Part shown: in pieces, positions 35,068 through 43,631 of the stretch
Layout: every line of letters begins with the position of its first letter
Position numbering within the stretch: position 1 is the stretch's first letter
Source: Planctomycetota bacterium
GTDB taxonomy: Bacteria; Planctomycetota; B15-G4; SIAN01
Direction: 5' to 3'
Length of the DNA: 64,000 bases
NCBI GenBank assembly: GCA_031409275.1
Contig: JANNXA010000010.1
Location: 96,001-160,000 of the forward strand
Made by a program: the position numbers and the translations under genes
The notes under the pieces: model-generated
The model's database searches: none
The model's input: only the letters and a program-made list of their open reading frames with translations
Told to the model about the DNA's origin: nothing

Positions 35068-35129
35068 CGCCCCGCCCTCCCGATTGCGCGTCGTCGCGTC
35101 GTCGTTCCCCGCCGTTATCGTCCATCGCC

Positions 35130-35642
35130 ATGAAGCTGCTGACCTTCCAGGCTGCCCGCTTCGCGTGGAAGAGCAGCGTGATCGGCCTCCCCGAGGGCGC
35201 CGATCCGCCCGCCGATGATGCCGTGAGCGACGCCGTCGTCGTCTTCGCGCATGCGCAGCTCGCCGACGTCGAGCCGGCCGCTCGCGACCGCGCGCTGCGC
35301 CACGCGGTGAAGCACATCAAGTGGCTTGCCAACAACCGCGGGTTGCGGAGCGTGGTGCTCCACTCGTTCACCCATCTGGGCGGCGCGGCGGCTCCGCCGG
35401 AGTTCGCGCGCGCCTGGCTCACCGATCTCGCCGCCAAGCTGCGCGCCGGCAACTACACGGTGAAGCTCACGCCCTTCGGCTGGTCGTGCGCCTGGGAGTT
35501 GTCGGTCTTCGGCGAGAGCCTCGCCAAGGTCTGGAAGGAGATCGGCGGCGAGACGCCCGACGCCGCCCCACCCGACGCCGATTCGCCGCCAGGAGCGCTT
35601 CCGGAAGCGCCGCCAGGAGCGCCGCCTACAGCTCCAGCGTGA
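35130..35642 (+). CDS. Stand-alone archaeal-type threonyl-tRNA synthetase editing domain
   Basis: MKLL..., VVVFAHAQ, VVLHSFTHLG, TPFGW, GESLAKVWK match the tRNA-Thr_ED pattern (archaeal YPYAHL, PFGWYK, GHPL). Confidence 0.8.
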   Translation: MKLLTFQAARFAWKSSVIGLPEGADPPADDAVSDAVVVFAHAQLADVEPAARDRALRHAVKHIKWLANNRGLRSVVLHSFTHLGGAAAPPEFARAWLTDLAAKLRAGNYTVKLTPFGWSCAWELSVFGESLAKVWKEIGGETPDAAPPDADSPPGALPEAPPGAPPTAPA

Positions 35643-36432
35643 GGCCGATGGTCGGCCCGTAGAGGTCGAGGAGGCCCGTGTTGGTGTCTTCGTTCAGCCA
35701 ATAGCGGAGCCACCGCCAGCCCAGCGACGCGTGGACGCGATCGATGAACTCGTAGTCGACGCTCGCGGCCGCGTCGACGAGGCGGCGTCCCTCATCCAGC
35801 GTCGCGAAGGCGCCATCGAAGCGCACGGCGAAGCCGCGGCCGAGCGCCGCCCACGACGTCGCCGTGACCGCCGGCAGCAGCCGCGAGAACTCGCGCGAGT
35901 CGGTCACCGCTGCGTCGAGATCGCTCAGTTCGAGGTCGAAATCCCACCAGTAGGCGCCGACTCCGAGGCGCACCTCGAACTCGCTCTCCTGGATCAACGC
36001 GCCATCGACGCGCGCCGACCAGGTCTTGAGGCCGAGGTCGCTCTCGACCCGGTTGCCGGCGGGGAAGGTGCGGCCGTGGAAGATGAGATCGCGATCGAGG
36101 GTCGTGTCGCCCTGGAAGCCGAACGGCAGGTACTGCAATCCAAGCCGCAGCCGTCCGTCGTCGAGTTCGAGCGCGAAGTTGCCGTAGGCGTCGTCGGCGA
36201 GGTCGAGGTCGTCCGCCACGTCGATGCGGCTGGCGCTGCCAGGCACGCCGCCTTGCGTGATCTCGAGGTTGCCGGCGACGGTCGTCGGGAAGAAGGTGGC
36301 GCGCGCCGTCGCGCTCGGCAATCCATCGGTCGACTCGCAGCCCGATGCCAGCAGCGAAGTCAGCAGCGCACTCGCCAGCGTCGCCATCCACGCCGCCGAC
36401 CCGCCGCATCCGTGCTTCGAACCGATGCTCAT
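35626..36432 (-). CDS. Putative outer-membrane beta-barrel protein with a lipoprotein signal
   Basis: Lipobox-like LLASGC, alternating amphipathic strands, C-terminal GWRW...YGPTIGLTLEL. Confidence 0.6.
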   Translation of the reverse strand: MSIGSKHGCGGSAAWMATLASALLTSLLASGCESTDGLPSATARATFFPTTVAGNLEITQGGVPGSASRIDVADDLDLADDAYGNFALELDDGRLRLGLQYLPFGFQGDTTLDRDLIFHGRTFPAGNRVESDLGLKTWSARVDGALIQESEFEVRLGVGAYWWDFDLELSDLDAAVTDSREFSRLLPAVTATSWAALGRGFAVRFDGAFATLDEGRRLVDAAASVDYEFIDRVHASLGWRWLRYWLNEDTNTGLLDLYGPTIGLTLEL

Positions 36433-36454
36433 CGCTGCCTCCTCCCCGTCGTCG

Positions 36455-37669
36455 CTACTCGCGCACGCCATCGTAGAGGCGCGCGCGTGAAGTCGCCGCG
36501 CGCCATCGCAGCGCGTCCCCGTCGCAAAGCGAATCGAGCCGAGCGCGACCGGCCGCACCCTGCAGACCGCCGCCATCGATCGCCGCGCGCAGCGCCGCAC
36601 CGCCCGCGATGCAGTCGATCGGCATCTTCTCGCGCTCGTACTCGTACGGCGGCGCCTTCCACTGCAGCGCCTCCGGCCAGCGCCGCTTCACCGCCGCCAG
36701 CAGAGCGAGCGTCGTGCGATACGGTTGGAATGCCTGCTCGTCCGTGACGTGGAGGAAGAGGCCGCCGCACGAGAGGCCGCGATGCTTGTGGAAGGTCGGC
36801 TCGAAACGCAGCGGCCGCAACGCGACCCCCGGCAGCTCGAAGGCCGCGAGGTCGTCGCGCAGGGCCAGCGGATCGATCGCGGGCGCGCCCCACAGCTCGA
36901 ACGGCGTGGTCGTGCCGCGCCCTTCGGAGAGCGTGGTCCCCTCGAGCAGCACCTGCCCTGGATAGACGTCGACCCCCTCGACCCGCGGCAGGTTCGGCGA
37001 GGTCGGCACCCATGGCCGGCCGAGGTCGCGCCAGCGCATGGCGCGCGTCAGGCCGGCGCACCGCACCACCTCCACCTGCGCGCCGATCGCGAGTGCCTCG
37101 TTCACCCACAGCGCCAGCTCGCCCATCGTCAAGTCATGGCGCATCGGCATGGGCGCGCGACCGACGAAGCTCGCGAACTGCGGATCGAGCCACGCCCCTT
37201 CGACCGCTTCGCCGCCGAGCGGATTGGGTCGATCGAGCACGATCAGCGGAAGGCCCGCTTGCGCGCAGGCCTCGAGGCAATGGGAAACGGTCCAGACGAA
37301 GGTGTAGACGCGGCAGCCGACGTCCTGCAGGTCGACCACCAACGCGTCGAGCCCTGCCAGCCACTCGCGGCGCGGCCGGCGCGTCTCGCTGTAGAGGCTG
37401 AAGACCGGCGCGCCGGTGAGCGGATCGCGGCCATGACCGCTCTCCACCATGTTGTCCTGCTGCTCGGCGAACAGTCCGTGCTGCGGCGAGAAGAGCGCCG
37501 CGAGCTGGCCCGGGAAGCGCGCGTGCAGGAGTTCGTGCGCCAGTCGAAACTGCCCGTCGACCGAGGCCTGGTTCATCAGCAGCCCGAACCTGGCGCCACG
37601 CGACAGCAACGGCGGCGGCGCCGCGATCGCGACTTCGAGGCCAGGGCGGTAGCGGGGGTCGATCGCCAT
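36455..37669 (-). CDS. namZ: DUF1343 / exo-beta-N-acetylmuramidase NamZ family protein
   Basis: GLLMNQAS, LFSPQHG, DLQDVGCRVYT, LDRPNPLGG, RHDLTMGELA, SPNLP, SEGRGT. Confidence 0.88.
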   Translation of the reverse strand: MAIDPRYRPGLEVAIAAPPPLLSRGARFGLLMNQASVDGQFRLAHELLHARFPGQLAALFSPQHGLFAEQQDNMVESGHGRDPLTGAPVFSLYSETRRPRREWLAGLDALVVDLQDVGCRVYTFVWTVSHCLEACAQAGLPLIVLDRPNPLGGEAVEGAWLDPQFASFVGRAPMPMRHDLTMGELALWVNEALAIGAQVEVVRCAGLTRAMRWRDLGRPWVPTSPNLPRVEGVDVYPGQVLLEGTTLSEGRGTTTPFELWGAPAIDPLALRDDLAAFELPGVALRPLRFEPTFHKHRGLSCGGLFLHVTDEQAFQPYRTTLALLAAVKRRWPEALQWKAPPYEYEREKMPIDCIAGGAALRAAIDGGGLQGAAGRARLDSLCDGDALRWRAATSRARLYDGVRE

Positions 37670-37688
37670 CGCGAGGACGATACGCGCG

Positions 37689-40600
37689 TCACTCGTACAA
37701 GAGGTACGGTCGCCGCCGCTCCTCGAACGCAGCGGCTTCGCGCGCCCACTCCTGCGCGATGAGGTCGGGCGCACGACCGGCGCGAAGCCCTTCGATCGTC
37801 GCGCGCGAGCAGAGCAGCAAGTCGAGCTCTTCGAGCTTCCAGGAATCGGCATGGCGAGCTTGCAGCGCGGCGGCGATCTCGAGCACCACGTGGAGCGGAT
37901 CGAGGGCGGCGCGATCGACGATCTGCAGGCGAACGCCGCGGCAGCGCGTGCCGGCGTGCTTCGACCCGCTCGGAGTGAAGGCGACTTCCATGAAGGTGAC
38001 GCCCGGAAGGCGCCGCTGCGTCAGCGCCGCGACGAGGGCGCGCGCGTCGAGCCACGGCGCACCGAACTGCTCGAAGGGGAGGTCGGTGCCGCGGCCAACC
38101 GAGAGGTCGGTCGACTCCAGCAGCACGAGCCCGGGATAGAGGAGCGCCGCGTCGAGCGTCCGCAGGTTCGGGGAGGGGTCGGTCCACGGAAGCAGCGTCG
38201 CATCGAAGAGCTGCGCACGCCGCCAGCCCGCCATCTCCACGACCTCGAGGTCGAGCGCGAGCCCCCGCTCCGCGGCCACCATTCGCGCGAGCTCGCCCAT
38301 CGTCATGCCATGGCGCAACGGGATCGGGTGGCAGCAGGTGAATGAATCGCGCCCCGAGTCAGGGAGCGGCCCGCCGACGCGACCGCCGATCGGATTGGGC
38401 CGGTCGAGCACGACGAAGCGAACCCCCGTCTGCGCCGCCGCCTCCATGCAACGAACGAGCGTCGAGGCGTAGGTGTAGGCGCGCGCGCCCGCGTCCTGCA
38501 CATCGAAGAGCAGCGTGTCGATCTCCGCGAGCTGCTCCGGCGTCGGCGCGAGCCGCTCGCCGTAGAGGCTCACCACCGGAATGGGCGCTCGCGTCGCGAC
38601 GCCGTCGGCGACCGGGCCATCGGCCACGCCGTCGAGCCCGTGTTCCGGCGTGAAGAGCAGCCGCGGCACGAACGACGGCCCGGCCTCGATCAGCACGTCG
38701 AGCGTCGTCTTGCCGTCGCGCGTGCGACCCGTCTGGTTGGTGATGAGGCCGAGTCGACGACCGACGAGTCGCCCGCCTCCGGTCGCCTCGATCAGGTCGA
38801 TGCCGCACTTCACCGCGAAGGGCTCGCCCGGCTCGTCCTGGCCGCGGTCGTTCTCGTCATCGTCACCGCTGACCTTGCGGTCGGCGCCGTCGACGTCGTC
38901 GGCGCTCGCGAGGCGCGGCCGCCCGACGGCCGCGGCCGCGATCGTCGCGACACGCCCGATCAGCGGATTCACGACGCCGCTGCCATCGGGATGGAGCCGG
39001 TGGCTCAGGAAGAGCACGAAGAGGTCTCGCTCCGGATCGATCCACAGCGCGGTGCCGGTGAAGCCACCGTGGCCGAACGCTCGAAAACTGAGCCCGTTGC
39101 CGCGATTGGAAGAGAAGCGCGAGCGCGCGTCGAACCCCGGCGTGCGCAGCGTCGCGTCGGCGGCGCGCTCGGCGGTCGTCCACAGCGCGATCGCTTGCGG
39201 CGACAGCACGCGCACGCCATCGAGCTCGCCACCGTTCAGCACCATGCGGGCGAAGCGGGCGAGGTCGAGCGCGGTCGCGAAGAGCCCCGCGTGGCCGGCG
39301 ACGCCGCCCAGCAGGTGCGCACGCGGATCGTGGACGCGACCCGTCGGCGTCGCGCCGTCGCCCTCGACCTGCTGCGGCGCCGCTCGCGCGACGAGACGCG
39401 GCGACGGCAGGTAACCGCTCTCCGTCATCGCCAGCGGCGCGAAGAGGCGCGCGTGCGCGAAGTCGGCCAGTCCCTTGCCGCTCGCCACTTCGACGACACG
39501 GCCGAGCAGTTCGTAGCCGACATCGCTGTAGACGAAGCGCGTGCCCGGCTCGCTCTGCGGTCGTTGCGCCAGGAGGCGCGTCCACGCGAGATCTGATCCA
39601 TCTTGATAGTCGGCGAGGTCGTTGTCCGGCACGAAGCCTGCCGTGTGCAGCAGGCAGTGGCGCAGCGTGACGCCGCTGGCCGCGGAGTCGGGGAGCCACT
39701 TCGTCAACGGATCGTCGAGCGCGAGGAGTCCGTCATCGACCAGCGCCATCACGCTGAACGCGGTGGCGATCGGCTTGGTGAGCGACGCCAGATCGAACAC
39801 GGTGTCGATCGTCATCGGCACGCGCACCGGTGAGATCGATCGATCACCCGCCGCCCTCAGGAAGTCGATCCCGTCGCTGCGACCGACGGCGACCACGGCG
39901 CCGGCGAGCTGGCGGTGCGCGATCCCGTCGGCCAGCGCTCGGTCGATCGGCGCGAGGCGATCGGTCGCCAACGGCGCGCGCGCTTCGAGCGGCGCCCGCG
40001 GCGAAGCGGCGGCCAGCGGCGTCCGGTTCAACAGCAGCACGAGGTCATGCGAGGCGCGACCCGAGGCGACCACGTCGAGCTGGCCGTCGCCGTCGAAGTC
40101 GGCCATCGCCAGGTCTTCGCAGGCGATCGCGCCATCGAGCGATGTCGCCTCGAAACGTCCCGGCTCACCCGCCACCGGAACGTAGAGACGGATGCCGGTC
40201 GCGCCATTCGCGTCGGGACGCCGCCAACCGGCCACGATCTGCTCGTCGCCGCGACCCAACCAATCGCCGCATGCCAACGCATGTCCTTCCGCCAGCGTCC
40301 CGTCGATGAGGTGGCGCGACCACGCACCGCCGTGGAGCTCCGGCTCGACGTAGGCGGCGAGTTCGTTGCCGTGGAACGGTTCGACGGCGGCGACGTAGCG
40401 CCGCCCGTTGCCCAATCGCCCGAGGCGCACTTCGCTTGCGCCGCGCGCCCTCGTCGCAGCGCCCGCGGTCGCCGCCGTCGTCGGCAACGGCGCGCCACCC
40501 CAATCGCCCTCGAACTCTCCGCCGCCGAGTCGCGCGAGCTTCCACACTCCTTCGCGATCGGCGAGCAGCAGCTCCTCGTCGCCATCACCGTCCCAGTCGA

Positions 40601-41183
40601 CGACTTCGAGTCCATGCGCGAAACGAAACGAGATGCGACCGGTCGCGGCTGGCCACTCGCCCGCCGGCCCCGCCGTCCACGGCACCGCGACATCGAGCAG
40701 TCGTGCGCCGGGTCCCTCGCCACCGCGGCTGCCGCGACCATGCAGCGGCAGCCCGAGCAGCGACCACTCCCCGGCGTGCGCACTCGGGTGATGGACGAAG
40801 CGCAGGCGATGGAGCGTCGGCGCGCTTTGCAGCGGGTGCGGGGTCCACGGTTGCGTGCGATCGACGCCGGCCTCGAGCCAGAAGAGGGCGCCGCTCGCCG
40901 TCGTATCGCCCGGATCCCACTCCGCCGCGACGGCGAGCTCCGCCTTGCCATCGCCATCGAGGTCGCGCGCCGCGAGCGCGACGTGGTCGCGCGCCGAGAG
41001 CTGCCCGCACACGACGAAGCGCTGCCAGTCGGGCGCGCGGTACCAGCGGACTTCGTGGGCGTCGACCAGCACGACGTCGGTACGCCCATCGCCGTCGACA
41101 TCCGCCGCGGCAACGCCGTAGCCGATCTCCACCTTGGCATCGAGCACGACCCGCTCGAGGGCGGGCGGCGGCAGTTCGAACAC
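37689..41183 (-). CDS. Fusion: FG-GAP beta-propeller + beta-lactamase-fold serine hydrolase + NamZ (DUF1343)
   Basis: DxDGDG repeats (about aa 1-390); FDLASLTK / YSD / HGGFTG; GLITNQTG, FTPEHG, DVQDAGARAYTY, LDRPNP, PSPNL, VGRGT. GTG start follows GAGGAG. Confidence 0.88.
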   Translation of the reverse strand: MFELPPPALERVVLDAKVEIGYGVAAADVDGDGRTDVVLVDAHEVRWYRAPDWQRFVVCGQLSARDHVALAARDLDGDGKAELAVAAEWDPGDTTASGALFWLEAGVDRTQPWTPHPLQSAPTLHRLRFVHHPSAHAGEWSLLGLPLHGRGSRGGEGPGARLLDVAVPWTAGPAGEWPAATGRISFRFAHGLEVVDWDGDGDEELLLADREGVWKLARLGGGEFEGDWGGAPLPTTAATAGAATRARGASEVRLGRLGNGRRYVAAVEPFHGNELAAYVEPELHGGAWSRHLIDGTLAEGHALACGDWLGRGDEQIVAGWRRPDANGATGIRLYVPVAGEPGRFEATSLDGAIACEDLAMADFDGDGQLDVVASGRASHDLVLLLNRTPLAAASPRAPLEARAPLATDRLAPIDRALADGIAHRQLAGAVVAVGRSDGIDFLRAAGDRSISPVRVPMTIDTVFDLASLTKPIATAFSVMALVDDGLLALDDPLTKWLPDSAASGVTLRHCLLHTAGFVPDNDLADYQDGSDLAWTRLLAQRPQSEPGTRFVYSDVGYELLGRVVEVASGKGLADFAHARLFAPLAMTESGYLPSPRLVARAAPQQVEGDGATPTGRVHDPRAHLLGGVAGHAGLFATALDLARFARMVLNGGELDGVRVLSPQAIALWTTAERAADATLRTPGFDARSRFSSNRGNGLSFRAFGHGGFTGTALWIDPERDLFVLFLSHRLHPDGSGVVNPLIGRVATIAAAAVGRPRLASADDVDGADRKVSGDDDENDRGQDEPGEPFAVKCGIDLIEATGGGRLVGRRLGLITNQTGRTRDGKTTLDVLIEAGPSFVPRLLFTPEHGLDGVADGPVADGVATRAPIPVVSLYGERLAPTPEQLAEIDTLLFDVQDAGARAYTYASTLVRCMEAAAQTGVRFVVLDRPNPIGGRVGGPLPDSGRDSFTCCHPIPLRHGMTMGELARMVAAERGLALDLEVVEMAGWRRAQLFDATLLPWTDPSPNLRTLDAALLYPGLVLLESTDLSVGRGTDLPFEQFGAPWLDARALVAALTQRRLPGVTFMEVAFTPSGSKHAGTRCRGVRLQIVDRAALDPLHVVLEIAAALQARHADSWKLEELDLLLCSRATIEGLRAGRAPDLIAQEWAREAAAFEERRRPYLLYE

Positions 41184-41281
41184 GTTGGCTCTCCTCGCAT
41201 GCGCGCGGCACACCCTCGTTGCCGTTCACCGCGCGACGCGGGCAAACTACGCGCGCCCCCCACTCCTTGGAACGCTGTGAG

Positions 41282-41620
41282 ATGGCTCGACTCCCGCCGG
41301 ACGACGCATCGCGCACCATCGCCTGCCCCCATTGCGGCGAGGCGATCGCGCAGCGCGCGCCGGTGTGCCGCCATTGCGGCAGCGACCGCGCCACCGGCCT
41401 GCGCGAGGACGAAGACGACGGCGCCGACGTCGAGCTGCCCGAAGCGATGAGCGACTCCGAGTACGACGAGTTCGTCGCCAACGAAGCGCGCGGCCGGATG
41501 CGCGTGCTGCCAGGCGATGGCGTCTCCGATGCCGTGCTGCGGCGGCGCCGCCGCGTACTCTTCGCGATCGTATTGGCGCTGCTCTATCTGCTCGGTCGCT
41601 ACGGGCTCGCCCTGTTCTAG
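41282..41620 (+). CDS. Small zinc-ribbon protein with a C-terminal TM helix
   Basis: CPHC...CRHCGSD, an acidic stretch and a terminal hydrophobic helix. Confidence 0.7.
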   Translation: MARLPPDDASRTIACPHCGEAIAQRAPVCRHCGSDRATGLREDEDDGADVELPEAMSDSEYDEFVANEARGRMRVLPGDGVSDAVLRRRRRVLFAIVLALLYLLGRYGLALF

Positions 41621-41638
41621 AGCGACCGGAGCCGACGA

Positions 41639-42730
41639 ATGCCCTCCTCCACGATGAGACCCACGGTGATTCCGCACTCGACCCTGCGCCGCACGGCGTG
41701 CGCGCTCTTCTTCGTCTCGCTGGTTCACGCGACCGCTCTCGCGCAGGATCCCGCGTCGGGATCGGAACGTCCGAAGCCTCCGCCACCCGATCCGCAAAGC
41801 AACGCGAATGCGTGGCCGCCGTTCCAGGTCGCCCCGACGACCGTGCGCGAACCCGCGACGCAGGGGGCGCCCAAGAGCGTCGTGGACGCCGACTGGGTGA
41901 TCGGAGTCGAGATCGGCGGCGTCGCGCGCGCCTGGCCACTCACCCTGATTGCCGCGCACGAAGTCGTGAACGACACGGTGGGCGGCGTCGCGCTGGCCAT
42001 CACCTGGTGCGTGACCTGCCAGGCACCCGTCGTCTTCCTGCGCAAGCTGGACGATCGCGAGCTCACGTTGGGCAACTCGCGAACGGCGTGGCGCGCGTCC
42101 GCCGTCCTGTACGACGTCGAGACGAGCAGCCAGTGGTTGCAGTCGACCGGTGAAGCGCGATCGGGCCCCTTGGCGGGACGCTTCCTCGAGGTTGCCCCTT
42201 CCGTCGTGCGCGACTGGGCCGGCTGGCGGGACGACCACCCACAGGGGACGATCGTCGACGACGCGGAACGTGGCCCTGCCGAGCGCGAACGCCTCTTCCT
42301 CTACGACGCACGCGGCCTCGACAGCCTCGGGATCGTCCTGCGCTGCGGTGCGGCCGCTCGCCTGCTGCCGTTGAAGGAACTCGACGCGCGCACGATCGTC
42401 GAGGAGCGCGTCGGCGAGGAGTCGATCCTCGTGATCTATTCCTCCAAGCACCGGATGCTGCACGCCTACGAACCAAGCGTCGAGGGCCTGCCGCTCTCGC
42501 TCGAGCTGCGTCGCGACGGCGAGGGTCGCCCGATCGAGCTCGTCGAGCGCGGCGGCGCCCGTCGCTTCAACGTCTCGACCGGCGCCGCGATCGTCGCAGC
42601 TGGAGCGCCGGCGACCGCCGGACTGCCGCGGCGGATCGCCTACCCGCTGCGCAAAGGCCGCTTCCGCGATTACTTCCCGGAAGGGACGACGTCGAGCGTC
42701 GGTGCGCGACCGACGGGCAAAGAGCGCTGA
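41639..42730 (+). CDS. DUF3179 domain protein
   Basis: ARAWPL...HEVVNDTVGG..AITWCVTC, LYDVETSSQWLQSTGEA.SGPLAG, W..DHP. Confidence 0.82.
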   Translation: MPSSTMRPTVIPHSTLRRTACALFFVSLVHATALAQDPASGSERPKPPPPDPQSNANAWPPFQVAPTTVREPATQGAPKSVVDADWVIGVEIGGVARAWPLTLIAAHEVVNDTVGGVALAITWCVTCQAPVVFLRKLDDRELTLGNSRTAWRASAVLYDVETSSQWLQSTGEARSGPLAGRFLEVAPSVVRDWAGWRDDHPQGTIVDDAERGPAERERLFLYDARGLDSLGIVLRCGAAARLLPLKELDARTIVEERVGEESILVIYSSKHRMLHAYEPSVEGLPLSLELRRDGEGRPIELVERGGARRFNVSTGAAIVAAGAPATAGLPRRIAYPLRKGRFRDYFPEGTTSSVGARPTGKER

Positions 42731-42803
42731 TCCGGCAGCGCGCCCTTGCCGACCGCATCGACGGCGGCATCCTTCGCAGCCTCTTGTGTCCGGAGGAATC
42801 GCG

Positions 42804-43631
42804 ATGCTCGCGACACTCGTCCTGCTCGCCCAGTCGATCGCGCCCTCCGCGCCGATCGCGCCGTCCACCACGGACGAACTCCTCGCACTGACGAAGGCGC
42901 TGGGTTCCGCGTCGAGCTACCGCGTCGCGACCACGGCGAAGACGACGCGTGCACGGGCGCGAACCACCGACACGGATCCCACCACCACGCCCGACGTCCG
43001 CGAGGACGGCGCGTGGACGATCGACTACGAAGCGGGCAAGCCGCTTCACTTCGTCAGCCTCACGCGCGAGTTCTTCCGTTCCGACACCCAGTTCGTCGTC
43101 CCCCATCCACGCTCCGGAAAGTGGTTCGCGGTCGATCGGGTCAAGGGCGACCTCTCGCAGGCGCCGCGCGGTCACGGCGAGATCGCCAAGATGCTCGACC
43201 AGGCGAACGCGATCGTGTTGCCTCATGAATGGCGCGACGACTTCTCGGCCAGCCTCGCCGACGTGCGCTGCGACACCGTCGACGGTGGCCGCAACTTCAC
43301 CGCCAGGCTCACCGAGGAGACGGCGAAAAAGTGGTGCGCGCCGTTCTCCGTCGTGATCGAACGCGCCCGACCCCAACGCGAAGAGGCTGCCGGCGGCGCA
43401 GCCGCCAGCAGTGGCGCGGCCTCGGATCGCGCGGTCGGCGCGAAGCCGACGGCCACCCTCGCCTTCGTCGTCGTCGACGGGGCGATCGAATCGATCCGTG
43501 CCGAGCTCACCCTCCCGATCGAGGGCTCGCGCGGCGCCAACCTGGTGACGCAGACCTTCCGCTTCTCCGCGGTCGGCAGCGCCAAGGTGGAACTGCCGCC
43601 CGACGTCGCGGCCGTCTTGAAGCTGAAGTAG
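42804..43631 (+). CDS. Hypothetical exported protein
   Basis: GGAGG RBS, short hydrophobic N-terminus MLATLVLLAQ, coding-like composition, and a C-terminal FSAVGSAKVELP reminiscent of LppX/LolA-like folds. Confidence 0.6.
   Translation: MLATLVLLAQSIAPSAPIAPSTTDELLALTKALGSASSYRVATTAKTTRARARTTDTDPTTTPDVREDGAWTIDYEAGKPLHFVSLTREFFRSDTQFVVPHPRSGKWFAVDRVKGDLSQAPRGHGEIAKMLDQANAIVLPHEWRDDFSASLADVRCDTVDGGRNFTARLTEETAKKWCAPFSVVIERARPQREEAAGGAAASSGAASDRAVGAKPTATLAFVVVDGAIESIRAELTLPIEGSRGANLVTQTFRFSAVGSAKVELPPDVAAVLKLK

Noticed and set aside
35585..35626. Short direct repeat GCCGCCAGGAGCGC
   Set aside because: It encodes the low-complexity Pro/Ala tail of the editing-domain protein; two copies only.
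41639..42730. Selenoprotein form of DUF3179
   Set aside because: The CxxC motif is encoded TGC..TGC, and no in-frame TGA read-through is needed.
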